Below the pieces are notes generated by a model. That model was not told the DNA's origin. It did no database searches and saw nothing but the letters and a program-made list of their open reading frames with translations. Source: Euprymna scolopes (Eukaryota). Taken from it: DNA of 64,000 bases. The DNA lies in assembly GCA_053919585.1 (NCBI GenBank), contig CM132798.1; one strand, written 5' to 3'. Positions 51,147 through 64,000 of the stretch are shown in pieces; positions within the stretch are counted from its first letter, which is position 1, and each line of letters starts with the position of its first letter. A program made the position numbers and the translations under genes.

Positions 51147-52999
51147 TAACCGCAACGAACTACTTAAGCCCACTCCAAAATTATTCTACTATGCTCAATG
51201 TTGCCACCCCAGTTCTCGCCAGCAACGGTGACCCTGCCCAGTACTAATGGCGGTATCATTTGGGAGGGCTGGACGTGGTATGTACCGCACTGATCCGTAG
51301 AAATTTCCAGGTTGATATTTGCAGGCGGTTTAAAGCAGATATATAATATGTGCTGTAAATGATGCTCAAAAGTAGTTGTTATGCTGTTTGATGTATTCCT
51401 TTGAGATTTCTCAACAACTGGGAGTATGTTTACAAATGTAGGCACATAGTTTATGCCAACGTCGATGTTGGTGGTGCGTATTGGTGGTGAAGTAAGAAGA
51501 GCCTTTTGATGTACAGCTTGGCAATGGAAAAATTTGATTTGAAGCCAATATTACATAAAACAGGTCAGAATTGGAAATATTTTAGTGAATTCAGAATTGG
51601 AAATATTTTAGTGAGGACCTAGTTCTCTACGCAAGCAAGCGCGCTAACACAAAGGGATCATTTAAAGACCATCACAATTATAGCCCTTAAAACCTGGTAA
51701 TATAAGTATTTGCCACAAGGAGGCGATACAGCGTAACTTCACTCTCGGTTTGCGTTATAGAAAAGCAAGCGACTAATAACCTTTTCATAGCTCTACTTCA
51801 CAAATACTTTATATGTGCAGTCTCTTTATGTTCGCATATATTGTAAGCGTGCTCATATTTTTATTTATGCATAATTACTGAATACGTCATAGCTATTATT
51901 TACTTCCACTTATACTTGTACTGGATTGTACTTCAAACCAAGGGCATGTCATTAATTTGATCTATACTTAATAGATACATTTCATTATCCCTCCTATCGT
52001 CTTAATATCCAGAGCTCAGGCATGAAATAAATGTTATTTTAATTCCTAATATAAATTTAATTATACTTTATGATTATATTTCAAAACCAATACTTTAACA
52101 TAAAATTAACTCCCTATCTTAAACCAACACGCTACTGCATGGATTTTTAGTAACACTGAAATGACCAGCATATTAATGTCCTTTATATTCTGAGGAGTGT
52201 AACTTTTCAGTAAAAATGTAACAGTTTATTACTAACTCATTAACATTAACTGCCCATGCTTCATCGCAGAAATTCCTAGTTTAGGACCCAGGCCCGAGGT
52301 TGAACCCTTTCAGTGTTAACGGATCCATAGAGAGGTTCATGTCATTTATCTAGAAGAAAGAAAACTCTGAAGAAAAACGGAGGGGAGCGGGCCTGTTCAG
52401 TCCTGGACGACGACCTTCTAAAATCTACTGATTCAAAAAATCACCGGTTTGCAAACCTGAACTGCTTAAGAAGAAGATATGTTCTGTCTATCACCCGAAT
52501 TTCATACTCATTCTTTGCTGATTAGCGATGCGCAAGGGACAATCACAGGGACTCGACAGAAATATCAAGTGGTTGAACTTATTTCCCGACTAAAGAAAAT
52601 TTCTTACTAGGGAATGCAAAGCCGTTCCTCGCTCCCGAATCATCTCACCCCTAAAGCTGGAAACTTTGGGGGTTCCTGAGTGAGAGATGCGCCAATGCAA
52701 TTCGATTGGGCTGATTGTTTGTCTGATCGGTTTATGGTACCCGATTGACAGCTCCTAGCTGCTGTTTCCGACTTATAGTACGGGAGCCTTAATTCTTTGT
52801 TAGCGCTTACAACGCTGCTCCATCACCGATTGCATAATATCCAGATGGCTGTACTGCCATGTCCGGTGGGCTTTCCCGAGACTACAATCTTGTAGATGAG
52901 GATTTAGCTGAGGTTTATCTGTGGTGCATGTTTGGTATTCTGCGCAACCACTTTGCGCAACACTTCTCATAATAGAGACTGAAACTTATAAATAAAATA

Positions 53000-54975
53000 A
53001 AATGGCAATTCAATCCAATTGTTTACTTCTACTTGTCCAGCGTCCATTGCTCAAACGAAGCATGCAAATCGCAGAATTTACCGACATAAGTCCAGTACAA
53101 ACAGACAAAATTTGATAGAATCTAGTAGTAATTGTAAGAAAGAACTAGTGGCTGCTAAGAGAGAATATAGTAAAACGCATCGAAACACAGAAATTTGGAA
53201 CCCGTGAGTTCTGAAAAATATACAACAGTGTAGTAAATAATGGGCAATTTACAATTCCCCCACTAGCCAATGTACACGAAGTTGTTTGCACAGCAACGAG
53301 AAGACTAAAATACTTGCCAGTCGGGTCGCCTGCAACTTAATATTGGACCCAGCAAACCACTCCCTTTCCTGACTTTCATTTGCCGATAGACGCCACACTA
53401 GATGCTCTTAAAATCACCCCTTCTGAAGTGCATGCTATCATACAAAAGCTAGACATGTAAAAAAAAACATGTGGACCTGATCTCATCCCAACTGTGCTAT
53501 TAAAAAATGCTAAGCTGAGGTTGCTCAATTCTTCTCCAAACTATACAAAAAATGCCTTTATGACTCTTGCTTTTCTGACTGTTAAAAAACTGCTTCTCTG
53601 GTATCAGTTTACAAGAATTTTGTTGAAAGACCTGACCCATTAGATTATCACCCCATTAATCCCCTCCCTGTCTTCGCAAAATATGTGGGTGCATAATTAA
53701 TTAAGCTATAGTTCATCACCTTACATTTCCTTTACTTCTGGCTGACAAACTATATGGATTAAAGCAAACCCGTTCCACAGAATATATCCTAACTATAATT
53801 TTCTGAAAATATATAACGTATAGTGCACAAAGCATGTGAGCGTATAGCGCTAGCCCTCGATATATCTATGTCTTTTAACAGGCTATGGCAGGATGGTGTT
53901 CTCAGGAAAATCAGTCTTACGATATTACTGGACGAATACTTAACATAATTTAATATTTCTTAAATAAGGGAAGAATTAATGTCGTCATTGACGGTCGTAC
54001 ATCTAAACAATATGATATACGCGGGTGTACCTGTAGGATCTATCCTTGGACCTTTATTTTTTCTAATATTCATAAGTGACCTCCCTGTTAATTTTTTTCT
54101 GAGATGGGTACAATTACTGATGCCACCACGTTTATAATGGACACGAGGGGAAAACAAATGAATACATATCTAAGAAAATGGACAAAACACGAGGGGAAGA
54201 CCTCGAATCTTTAGTAAAATGGGGGCACAACTTGACGGTTGCATGCAATGCTGCCAAGACTAAGTATTTTTCCTTAAATGATTACCTTCTGAAACACTAA
54301 CAGCTATGACTAAAATACATTGCCTGAAAGTAAGTCTTTCAAATTGTTCTGTTTAATGTTCCCAGGGAACAGTAGCTAGGCAGATCCATCGAAAGCTTAC
54401 CAAAGCTGCTGCGAAGAATGTGGGCTCTTTCTACCGCGCTAGAAACATATCTTTTTCTTAAAGTATCCTTTATATTTACAAGATCAACATTCACCTGTGT
54501 AGGGAGTATTGTTGTCACATTTTCTACTATCTCTAACTCCTACACAGGGTTCAAAGGCAAGTTGTCTAACTTATAGATCCTTAACTGTCATCAAAGCTTC
54601 AACCGTTTATCCTCTCGACGAACTTTTGCATAACTCAGCCTGTTCTACAAATATTTTACTGGTGAATGTTCTGACAAACTACGAGCCCTTGTACCCCATC
54701 GAATTAAATATCATTTGTATAACCCGACATACAAGAAAATCCTTCCCCTACACAAAGAAAGAAAGTCTTCTACTCTAAAGTTTTCTTGCCACGGCCTGTA
54801 AAATTCTGGAAATCCCTTTAGGTTTCCTGCTTCTTCATCTGTACTGACATATAATAGTGCAAGTATAATGTGACCATACACATTGGTGTTCAACTCATTG
54901 CATAGTATATCTGCAACTTATATCCCATTTAGTAACTCCATACATCTCTTGTTGAAAATGGAATAAACAAAAAAA
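53000..54975 (+). mobile_element. Old, highly degenerate related APE-RT LINE (distinct subfamily)
   Basis: FTSTCPASIAQTKH, TCGPDLIP, YHPINPL, LYGLKQTRST, ALDISMSFNRLWQ, AGVPVGSILGPLFFLIFISDLP, VGSFYRAR, REYCCHI; A-rich end. Confidence 0.85.
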
Positions 54976-56052
54976 TTATGTCGACAACTACATTGTAGGT
55001 CTGTCTTAACTTTTTGGTCCCAGGTTCCATTTTTATTTGTTAGATTTATTCAGAATCATGTGCTGCTTTATTTCTTGAAAGAAATTGGGTCATTAGGAGA
55101 AAGAGAAAATTAAGGTTACCAACAATCCTAAGTAAAAATATCTACGTAGAAATAAGAGGATTCGAAATTACAACACCCCTGGTTTTCAATTTGTATCGGT
55201 AACCATTCAGCAATTATCTATGTCGCTGTTGTTTATGAAGAGAAGGAAAAAACAACTACGAGTGCTAGGACTAAAAGCGAATACACAACTACCACTGCTT
55301 ATATCCAACGCGAAAATGTCCCCCGTAGTCAAAGCCAGAAAACAATTTAGCAATGGAGTTTATCGTTAAATAATTTTCTTGGGCGTGACAGAAATTAATT
55401 ATTTAATCATAAATTTCGGTGCTAATGTACTAACTGATCCGCAGTATTTTAAAATCTTATTTTCAAGTGTATTTAAAGTGTTATGATATGACATTTTGCG
55501 ACGAAATAATAGCACATGTAACGTACTGAAAAACAAATTAAAATGTTGGCATTTTTTTTAATATTCATAGTTTTAAAACATATAAATCAATGCAAAATCC
55601 ACTATTAATTTACAGCTATAAGAATACCAATTTAAAATTACTGTTATACATGCGCCTAATTTTTTTCTAGCTCTCTCTAGCTCGCTTTTTCTACACATAT
55701 ACATGCATAAGTTAATGCACATACACACAGACATATATATATATATATATATATATATAAATGTAAATGTTGGTTCGTTCTAAAATAATAAAACCCTATT
55801 TCTACGTTACCAATTTATTTGAAATTTTCAGACACCCTATCTTTAGAGTCGAGGTATGTTTTTATGTTATTGAAATAAATTTACCTCGCAAATTATTAAA
55901 ATATTAAATAAAATAAATATATTTTTAACCGTTACTGCGAATCTGTTCTGTTGTAAAATTGAACTTCCGGTTCGATTCATTTCACAGCCACGAATTGACG
56001 AAAGATTTCATATTCTGTTAACTCGATAAGTAATAAAAACAAAAAAAAACTT

Positions 56053-56243
56053 ACTCATGCAGAGAGTGATCCGTGCTGAAATACTGTTATTATTTAAAAA
56101 GCCATTCTTAACATGGGGAATGGAGGGTGTTTTGTACCTATTCTGTACTTTAACCTTACAATTGAATAAAAACATATCATAAACTTTAATTAAACGTGGA
56201 AAACGATTTTAAAAAAATAGCGCGGATCACTCTCTGCATTAGC
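56053..56243. mobile_element. ~190 bp MITE, copy 1
   Basis: TIRs TACTCATGCAGAGAGTGATCCGTGCT and AGCGCGGATCACTCTCTGCATTAGCA. The interior is shared with 56896-57061. Confidence 0.8.
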
Positions 56244-56895
56244 ACACACACACACACAAACACACACACAAAATCCCATATTATAAAAAAATAAATTCAT
56301 TTATGTACTTACCAATTTTTAAATTTTATTTATGTTAAGGCTTTTCACTCATGAAACATTACGTTTTATTTGTTTCGTTTCTTTTCACGGCATTGCTTAC
56401 ATAAAAAAAATTGTTTTAACTTTTTCTAAACTATTTCATTTTTACGACATGCCTCAACATATTATAAAAACCCTAACCCCCACCCATTGTTAAAAAAACG
56501 CCCTTCCATAAAGCTCGAACTCCGTTCTTAATATGGGTAGGTTGTTGATTCCGAAAACCGTTTTAACATGGGGATGTTAGGGTGTTTATAATATGCTGGG
56601 GCGAGTCGTAAAATTAACGAAGTTGCTATCTATTATTTATTGTAAAAATTGCTTGAAATTTATTTATTTGACAAAAAATTACATTTTGGTACTTCTTGGG
56701 CGTTGAGTTCCATGACGACCAGTAGAAAAAAATAATAGTCGCTCTCTTAGTCTCCCACCCCGCCCCGCACGTAACATATGTTATTTACTGACGTTGCCGT
56801 AATTAAACGATTATTTGTCACATTTACAAACATTTATTTATTTATTTATTTGGAAAAAAGTTTTACTTTATATGAATATTAAAAGAAAAATGGGT

Positions 56896-57061
56896 ACTCA
56901 TGCAGAGAGTGATCCATGCTGAAATAATAACGTTATTATTTAAAAAGGCCATTCTTAACATGGGGAGGGGAGGGTGTTTTGTACCTATTCTGTACTTTAA
57001 CCTTGCAATTGAATAAAAAAAAAAGATTTAAAAAATAGCGCGGATCACTCCTGCATTAGCA
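56896..57061. mobile_element. MITE copy 2 (nested in 56690-58069)
   Basis: Same TIRs and interior as 56053-56243. Confidence 0.8.
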
Positions 57062-57394
57062 CCGAAAAATTTTACTAAACATTTATTAATAATTTCTCAC
57101 TTTTACAAACATTTAATTTTAAATTTCTTTTTAAATGACGACTTTTATCGACTTCAATAAAGTGCCCAGTTGTAAACTTAAGGAGAAAAAAACCCGTTGC
57201 AATAATTAGAATTTTTATTTTTAATTTTAAGCAGTTCAAATAATTAGAAGTTAAAAAAATAAACAGTTCAAATTTTTGATAATTCAACAGTTCAAATAAT
57301 TGGAATTTTACAAAATAAACAGTTCAAATAATTAGAATTAAAAAAAAACAAAAAAAAAACAGTCCACATGATTAGAATAGTTCCACGTGGTTAG

Positions 57395-57476
57395 TTAACC
57401 CTGTAAAATTATGGGATTTGTTTCAAAATATTTGTAAAAGCATCTGTCTGTGACATATCGCACATTTTAGGGTTAA
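57395..57476. mobile_element. ~80 bp piggyBac-type mini element
   Basis: TTAA-CCCTGTAAAAT...ATTTTAGGG-TTAA, i.e. a TTAA duplication with CCCT/AGGG termini. Confidence 0.6.
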
Positions 57477-58339
57477 ACGGCCTCTCCCGGAACTCAGAAC
57501 AAGGCGGACGTCGGGACCATTTCCGTAAAGGATAACCCCCTTTTTTAATAGTATTTTCGGGTGAGTATGCTGACAACAAATATCAGTTAAATTTGGCAAA
57601 TAGCGCCCCCTCACTAAGTGGTGTTTATTCCGGAAGCTGTTCTTAAGATGAGGAGGTTGGCGGGGGGGGTGATTATAAGGTGGACCTAATCTAAAAAAAC
57701 AAAAACAAAAAAAAACAAGTTTTTATGCGCACATAAGCAACTATTTTTATTAACTTTTTTTAAAACTTTTTTATTTAAAAATTAGTAAATTTCAATGAAT
57801 AGAATAACAAATCATTTATCATTAATGTGTTTATGGTTTTGTGTTGAATGAAACTTTTTTTTTCATTACAACAATAATGAACCAATTTAAATCTTCCGGC
57901 ATGCGTTTAAGGGTTACGAAATTATCAATAAATCGTTTAGTTACTAAGCCAACGTCAGTAAATAAAAAAATGTTACGTGCGCACGCCTTAGCCTTGACTG
58001 GGGGGGGGCTCAGGGAGCGACCATTAAATAATTATGCTGGTCGCCATGGAACTCAACGCCCAAGGAGTACATAAAGTGGCACTTATGCACTTATGTGATC
58101 GTGCTATTTTTAAAAATAGTATTTTCCTGTTAAATTCAAATTTTACAATATGTTTTTCTTTTATTAATTTGTTAAGTGAAAGTACAGATAACTCGTTCGG
58201 TTTCTAATGCGAGGAAAATCTACCCCCCCCAAAAAAAAGGGGTACTCTGGATAATAACAAAACATTAAAATTGCCTCAGTCTCGAAAGATGTCTTCTCTA
58301 CTGAACGAGGAAAAAACGGTGAAGTGTAGTTCACCTTCT

Positions 58340-58640
58340 GTTTCTCCCCCTCTCTCTTTCTCTCTTAATATCTCTCTGTATCCATCTCTCCTTTTCCCTC
58401 TCTCAATCAATCTTTCTCTATATATCACCCTCTCCATCTCTCTTTGAGCCCCTTTCTCTCTCTCCCTCTATCTCTCTCCTTTCCTCTGTCTCATCCCTCT
58501 CTGTTTCTAACTATCCCCCCTCTCTGTTTATCTATCAATCCCTTTATCTCTCTATCTCCTTCTCTTTGTCTATTTTCCTCTCACTGTCTCTTTTCTATCT
58601 ATATATATTCCTCTATATCTGTCCATCTCTAATCCCTCAT
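58340..58640. repeat. Degenerate (CT)-rich low-complexity tract
   Basis: Directly visible. Confidence 0.9.
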
Positions 58641-58724
58641 CCTATTTTAGTTTCCTAAATTAATTACAGTGAATAAGGCATTGTCAAAAAATGGATAAAT
58701 CCTATTTTAGTCACCTAATTTACT

Positions 58725-60119
58725 GACTGTGAGAATAGAAGTTATTTGGAAATTACTGCTACTTTGAACAGCACCAGAAGTAACTGGTAAAACCTTTCTA
58801 ATTAAATTGATTTTGGTAGCCATTTGGTAACAAAATGACATAGCCTTAGCCCTTGCTGCATGAGGAATACCCGCGACCTTGCTGCCAAGTAGAAGAATTA
58901 TTTATTCTACTTTAAAACATTCAATTTTTCAAAAATCTTATGTTCGACATCTTCAAAACATCCAATATGGGGAAAAATATTGCAGAAATGCAAACTTATT
59001 GTTTAGGATGAATGCACAATGGTACGCAAAAAATCACTTGAGACTCTTGGTCGATCCTTGCAAGATTTGCGTGGCAATGTCAGACCATTTGGGAATGCAG
59101 TAATATTGCTTGCATGAGATTTCAGACAAATGTTACCTGTTATTCTTCAATCAACACCAGCAGATAAAATAAATGCTTGCCTCAAATACTCTACTTTTTT
59201 GTTCCATGTGAAGACATTAAACTTAACTCAAAATATGCATGTAAAGTTGCAGACTGTTCGATCCGCACAAAAACTTTTGCATAACTTGTGGGAAATTGGG
59301 TACGAAAAAGTGCCAGCTGATCAGAGTTAAGGGCAAAATTCTTTGTCTTTTAACTTCTGTAATTTCTGTTTATTTCATCAAAAGAATAGTTAGTTTAAAA
59401 GGTTTTTGCAGATATTCAAGTTCTAAGAATTCCATTTGACTGGGTGAATGAGCTATTCTTGCAGGTCAATACAAAGATGTCCATGAACTTAACGCTATTA
59501 TTCAATGTAAAATTCCAAGTGAAGTAGTCAAATACAAATCCATCGACACTGTTGTGAAAGCAGATAAAGTGGTTAATTATCCAACATGAATATTTGCCAG
59601 GGATGCCACCGCATGTATTGCAACTGAAATTTGGTGTACTAATTATCATGTTGTGAAATATAAACCAATCCAATCTTTGCAATGGCACATAGCTTGCAGT
59701 AAAAAAAAATTAACAAACAATATCATAGAAACAACAATCTTAACAGGACCTTTCACAGATGAATACATCTTAATTCCATGCATTCCTATGATTCCACCGG
59801 ATACATCATTACACTTTAGCAAATTGTACTTTCCAATTTTATTGTCGTTTGCAATAACCATCAACAAAGCACAGGGAACAATCTTTACAATTGTGGGCCT
59901 TACAGTTACACACTGACTGTTTTTTCACATGGACAATTTATGTTACATATTCAAGAGTCACCAAACCGGAAAATCTCTATATCAGCTAAAATGGAACAGC
60001 AAAAACTGTACCCATGCAAAATGGGAATTTAAACCTATAAGAAACATGCTTTTTCTCATTTTGGAACTTTTTCCATTGCGCCAATTTGAGCCACAGCAAC
60101 GCGTGGCATGGTACAGCTA

Positions 60120-60120
<1 letters not shown>
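58725..60120 (+). mobile_element. Helitron Pif1-family helicase pseudogene with intact 3' terminus
   Basis: APEVTGKTFLIKLIL, IALALAA*GIPATLLP, DFRQMLPVILQSTPADKINACLK, NNIIETTILTGPF..ILIPCIPMIP and FPILLSFAITINKAQG. The end has the hairpin GCCAC-AGCAACGC-GTGGC followed by CTAG|T. Confidence 0.92.
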
Positions 60121-60180
<60 letters not shown>

Positions 60181-60305
60181 AAATAAAGAAATATAAACCT
60201 TATTTGGAACCAACCTCGTATATATTGTGCTTGCTTTCGTGTGTTCACATATACATGCATACATAAATACACATATATAAATATACACACTCCCCAATCC
60301 CCCAG

Positions 60306-60387
<82 letters not shown>

Positions 60388-60409
60388 ATATACATGTACA
60401 TACATATAA

Positions 60410-60815
60410 AGATGCATAAGTTTATATAAACAAATAAATTATGAAATTCTAAAGAAACGGTATGATAAAAATAATTATTTGATATTGTTTTATTTACAAA
60501 ATGTAAACATTTCAATGCAGTTTTAATAGTTTTCTATTTTTGTTTTGTATGGATGTAATGAAATTTTTAATGTTTATCAGCATATCATGTACGCTAGCAT
60601 GTACTTCTAAACACGATAAAGAATATATATATATATATATATATATGCATATATATATATACATATATATATGTATGTATATATATATATGTTTAATAAA
60701 ATAATATATAAGAAAAATTAGTGTACACAAAGTATTATTCAAATATAATTGCTTATGAGTTGAATTATGAACAACGTAATTATACGTATATATCTGCACG
60801 CACACTCACCCACAT

Positions 60816-60886
<71 letters not shown>

Positions 60887-61887
60887 TACGAGACAGAGAG
60901 ACTGAAAAAGATTAAGATTGAGGCCGGTTCTTTAAGAGAAGTATTATCGGCATAGTTCAAAGCTTGTCATTATCAATCGCTAAACGCAATTCTTAATAAC
61001 CGTTTGAATTGGACGTAAACTGAAATTCGTACAGCGAAGGTTTTGTTCGTTAACAATTTAAAAAGGTATTTCCATGCTACTTTAATCTCATCTTGGACCT
61101 AAGAACTTTCATAACATCAGTACTCTTTGGCTACTAACTAATATTTCCGTCCTTTTAATTTTTGTTTTATTCTAGTATTTTCATTTTATTTTTATTTCAG
61201 TTACTTAAACTGCCCTTTTACATTCTTTTTTTTTTCTATTTACTTCACGCGTATTTGTTATATTTTACCTTTTATAAGCTTTATTTCCCCCTTACTCATT
61301 TTATTATATCAATTATTTCTTTAAATTTCTACTGCATTTTGATACGGAATTGGAATATCGATACTTTACTTTATATATACGAAGCTGTACAAAATCCGCT
61401 TTTTCTAATAATCTACTTACATAATTGTAAGACATAAATAATATTATTACATAAACATCTTCTTTTAATCACTATCATGCATTCTTCCCGCGAGTATGGA
61501 CGCGCATAAGTTCACATATATTGAACCCATTATGACACACGTGGTGTACAGTTACTTTCATTTCATACTGACTTTTATATTCCTCCAATGTCACAGAGAT
61601 CATCTCAGTTCTCACATCCCCTCCCCAAAAAGTTTCAATATTCTTCAATGCTCCTCCACTGCAAAATTACTCTCCTAATGTAGCTATGGCTTGAAGTTAA
61701 GTTTCTATTGTGTTACGGATCATATTTTTCGTTCTTCAAATGGTACGCGTTAGGCTTCGAAATACCACGGTATAAAAAAGTTTTACGTATGCTATTCTCC
61801 TCATTGATGTATCGTCCTTATTAAATAAATGAATAAGTTTATATACATTAGTAAATAGTTTTATATTGCTATTTTGTTATTTGATAC

Positions 61888-61918
<31 letters not shown>

Positions 61919-61958
61919 GTATCATTCTCTCCCTCTATTTCTCTTTATATATATATGT

Positions 61959-61995
<37 letters not shown>

Positions 61996-62041
61996 GTAAT
62001 CAAATGCATACTGAAGAATGTATTATATGTGTGTTATTGTT

Positions 62042-62076
<35 letters not shown>

Positions 62077-62320
62077 CATTCTTTATCTTGTTTAGAACTA
62101 CATGCTAGCGTACATGATCGATGCTGATAAACATTAGACATTCTATTACGCCCATACAAAACAAAAATAGAATACTATTAAAACTGTATCGAAATGTTTA
62201 TATTAATAAAATAAAATAATATTCAAATAATTATATTTATGTATTTTAACGGTTTCATTTTTATCATAATGTTCCTTTAAATTTTCATATTTTATATTTT
62301 TATATGAACTAATGTATCTG
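60410..62320. repeat. Pair of ~220 bp inverted repeats (60410-60625 and 62075-62320) set in TA microsatellites
   Basis: TAATGTTTATCAGCATATCATGTACGCTAGCATGTACTTCTAAACACGATAAAGAAT versus ATTCTTTATCTTGTTTAGAACTACATGCTAGCGTACATGATCGATGCTGATAAACATTA. Confidence 0.85.
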
Positions 62321-64000
62321 TATAAGTATGCACATATATATACATATATATATATATACAAATACCTATATATTTATATATATATATATATATATATACA
62401 TATATATGCATTCATGTGTGTATGTATATCTGAGCGATTGTATGTAAGAGAGTGATTCTCTTCAAATGTATAAATATAAAGATACGTTGCCAGATTTGAT
62501 CAACTTTATTACTTGATTCCCTATAAATAAGCATAAAAAGTAATAAGATCTAATAGACTCGGTTAGATATGCAATATGGCTGGCAACCTAAATATGCTGG
62601 TGAACAGAGTATGTCCTATTTTCAAATAATTCATATTTTATCCTAGTTTTTGTCAACATTTTAGCGGAACCATTAACTGCATCAACCTCCCGCAGCTGCA
62701 TCAACATCGCCTCTTTATTATAGCTCTGCCCAACATCGTTTTCCGTCCATCGCTTTCTCATCGTCGTTCTGGTCCTACTTTCATTGAGTCCATATCCAGT
62801 GGCGTAAAAAATGGGAAAATAAACGAGAGCCAGGAACATCTAACTGTGGCAATATATGGAAATTAATGACGAAGGAAATACAGATCCGAAATATGATGAT
62901 TGGCTCCCGCTGTTGGCTGATACTATTTCCGCTCGCAGAACAAGAGAGTACACTGCTGACCAAGGATGTGCAGCAGACAGTGAATGCCACTGACCGATCA
63001 GCGGAAAAAGAAGTTATAATCGACCATATTTTTACTTTTAAAAGCCACAAAAATAAATAAATTACAAACTCTAAGGTAACCAACTAAGTATATGACTAGC
63101 ATGCAATTACAACACATTTTAAATTACTTCTATGTCGTCTTTTCAAAAGAAATAAGTAAGGCCTAAATAAACGCAACTATGAGAAAAACACGGTTTCAAG
63201 TACAGTATTGAACAGTTTAAGTGTAATTTGTTTTATTTTCTCCTGTTTCGTATTTAATTCGTTTAATGTTGAGTATTTCTTATTTTCTTATAAATATAAT
63301 TTGTTTTCTTAAAATCTAGTTTTCATTTCATTTCCGTGTTTTTTTTTTGTATTATGTTAGGATATCTTACTTGTGTGTATATATTGTCTTCTTTTTAGAT
63401 TTATTTCTTTTTCTTCTCTCTTTTTATATTAATATTCTGACGTTCCGTATTTGTCTTCTTACCGTTATATGTTTTAGTTCTTCTACCTTACGTTATCCTA
63501 CATTTAAATGTTTTTATATATGCGAACCATTTGTTTTCTCCTAATTTTAAAGTAAGAAAACTTTCCTTTGTTCTGTTTTCTTTAAGCTTGTTTTGTCTCT
63601 CCGCTTTTATATTTTCGTAGAGTATACATGTTTCAATAATTCTCTCTGTTTGTGCAACTGCCTGGTCTGGTTGTTAGCCTTCTTTTTCGTTCCCCCGCTA
63701 AGTCGTGTCAGTGATATTGGTCACATATTTTTAAATATACAGTTGATAACTAGAAATTATTATTTGTACTTCTATTTTGTATAAATAAAATATCTATTTA
63801 AACATTTACTCTAGCATATCAGCTCCTACCATACATCTGTTCAGTTTATGTCCTATCATACCATGAAAAATTATAGTTTAAAACACTATACATATAATCT
63901 GCTTAACGTTTTGCTATTTTACTAAGGAGCTGTCAATCATTTCGTTTGTTTCAACTTACATAAATTTAAGACCATTATTCATTGCTAGCGTAACTGAAAT

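Larger units (their letters stand above)
56690..58069. mobile_element. ~1.4 kb non-autonomous TA-flanked DNA transposon with long TIRs
   Basis: TACTTCTTGGGCGTTGAGTTCCATGACGACCAG matches the reverse complement of CTGGTCGCCATGGAACTCAACGCCCAAGGAGTA. The inverted match resumes at CGCACGTAACAT..TTATTTACTGACGTTG / CAACGTCAGTAAATAA..ATGTTACGTGCG. Confidence 0.85.
5444..62410. repeat. Numerous (TA)n microsatellites (e.g. 5444-5488, 6821-6878, 10806-10882, 12605-12667, 12890-12958, 14022-14090, 14175-14236, 27669-27725, 30042-30098, 33476-33532, 60121-60177)
   Basis: Directly visible; they explain the IYIYIY ORFs in the ORF track. Confidence 0.98.

Noticed and set aside
51564-51614. 25 bp tandem duplication TCAGAATTGGAAATATTTTAGTGA
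   Set aside because: An ordinary slippage duplication.
52605-52665. TTCCTCG as an HDV-like L3 loop
   Set aside because: Flanking P3 and P1 helices cannot be formed.
59986-60960. IYIYIY- and THTHTH-rich ORFs here and throughout the window
   Set aside because: They are translations of (TA)n and (CA)n microsatellites.

Overview
AT-rich, repeat-dense eukaryotic genomic DNA with many (TA)n microsatellites and short N gaps. The repeat content resembles a mollusc, possibly a cephalopod (inference). No intact host protein-coding gene can be supported; the window looks like intergenic or large-intron sequence filled with decayed transposable elements. The dominant family is an APE+RT non-LTR retrotransposon (CR1/Jockey-group-like, apparently lacking ORF1), with two near-full-length frameshifted copies (~22.0-25.5 kb, ~39.4-43.0 kb), several truncated copies in both orientations, and older relatives. 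Also present are a HERO/R2-group RT remnant, a Ty3/Gypsy pol remnant, a probable Penelope remnant, a Helitron Pif1 helicase remnant with an intact 3' end, several non-autonomous Helitrons, piggyBac- and Tc1-like MITEs, a foldback element, a SINE and two 5S rRNA-derived sequences. The most interesting observations are Helitrons carrying LINE fragments (one sharing frameshifts with the neighbouring LINE), 5S-headed elements beside (TA)n arrays, a tRNA-like head fused to a hammerhead-ribozyme-like motif, a palindrome carrying a hammerhead-like motif, and a Russian-doll nest of DNA transposons. All family assignments come from recognising motifs by eye, not from database searches.
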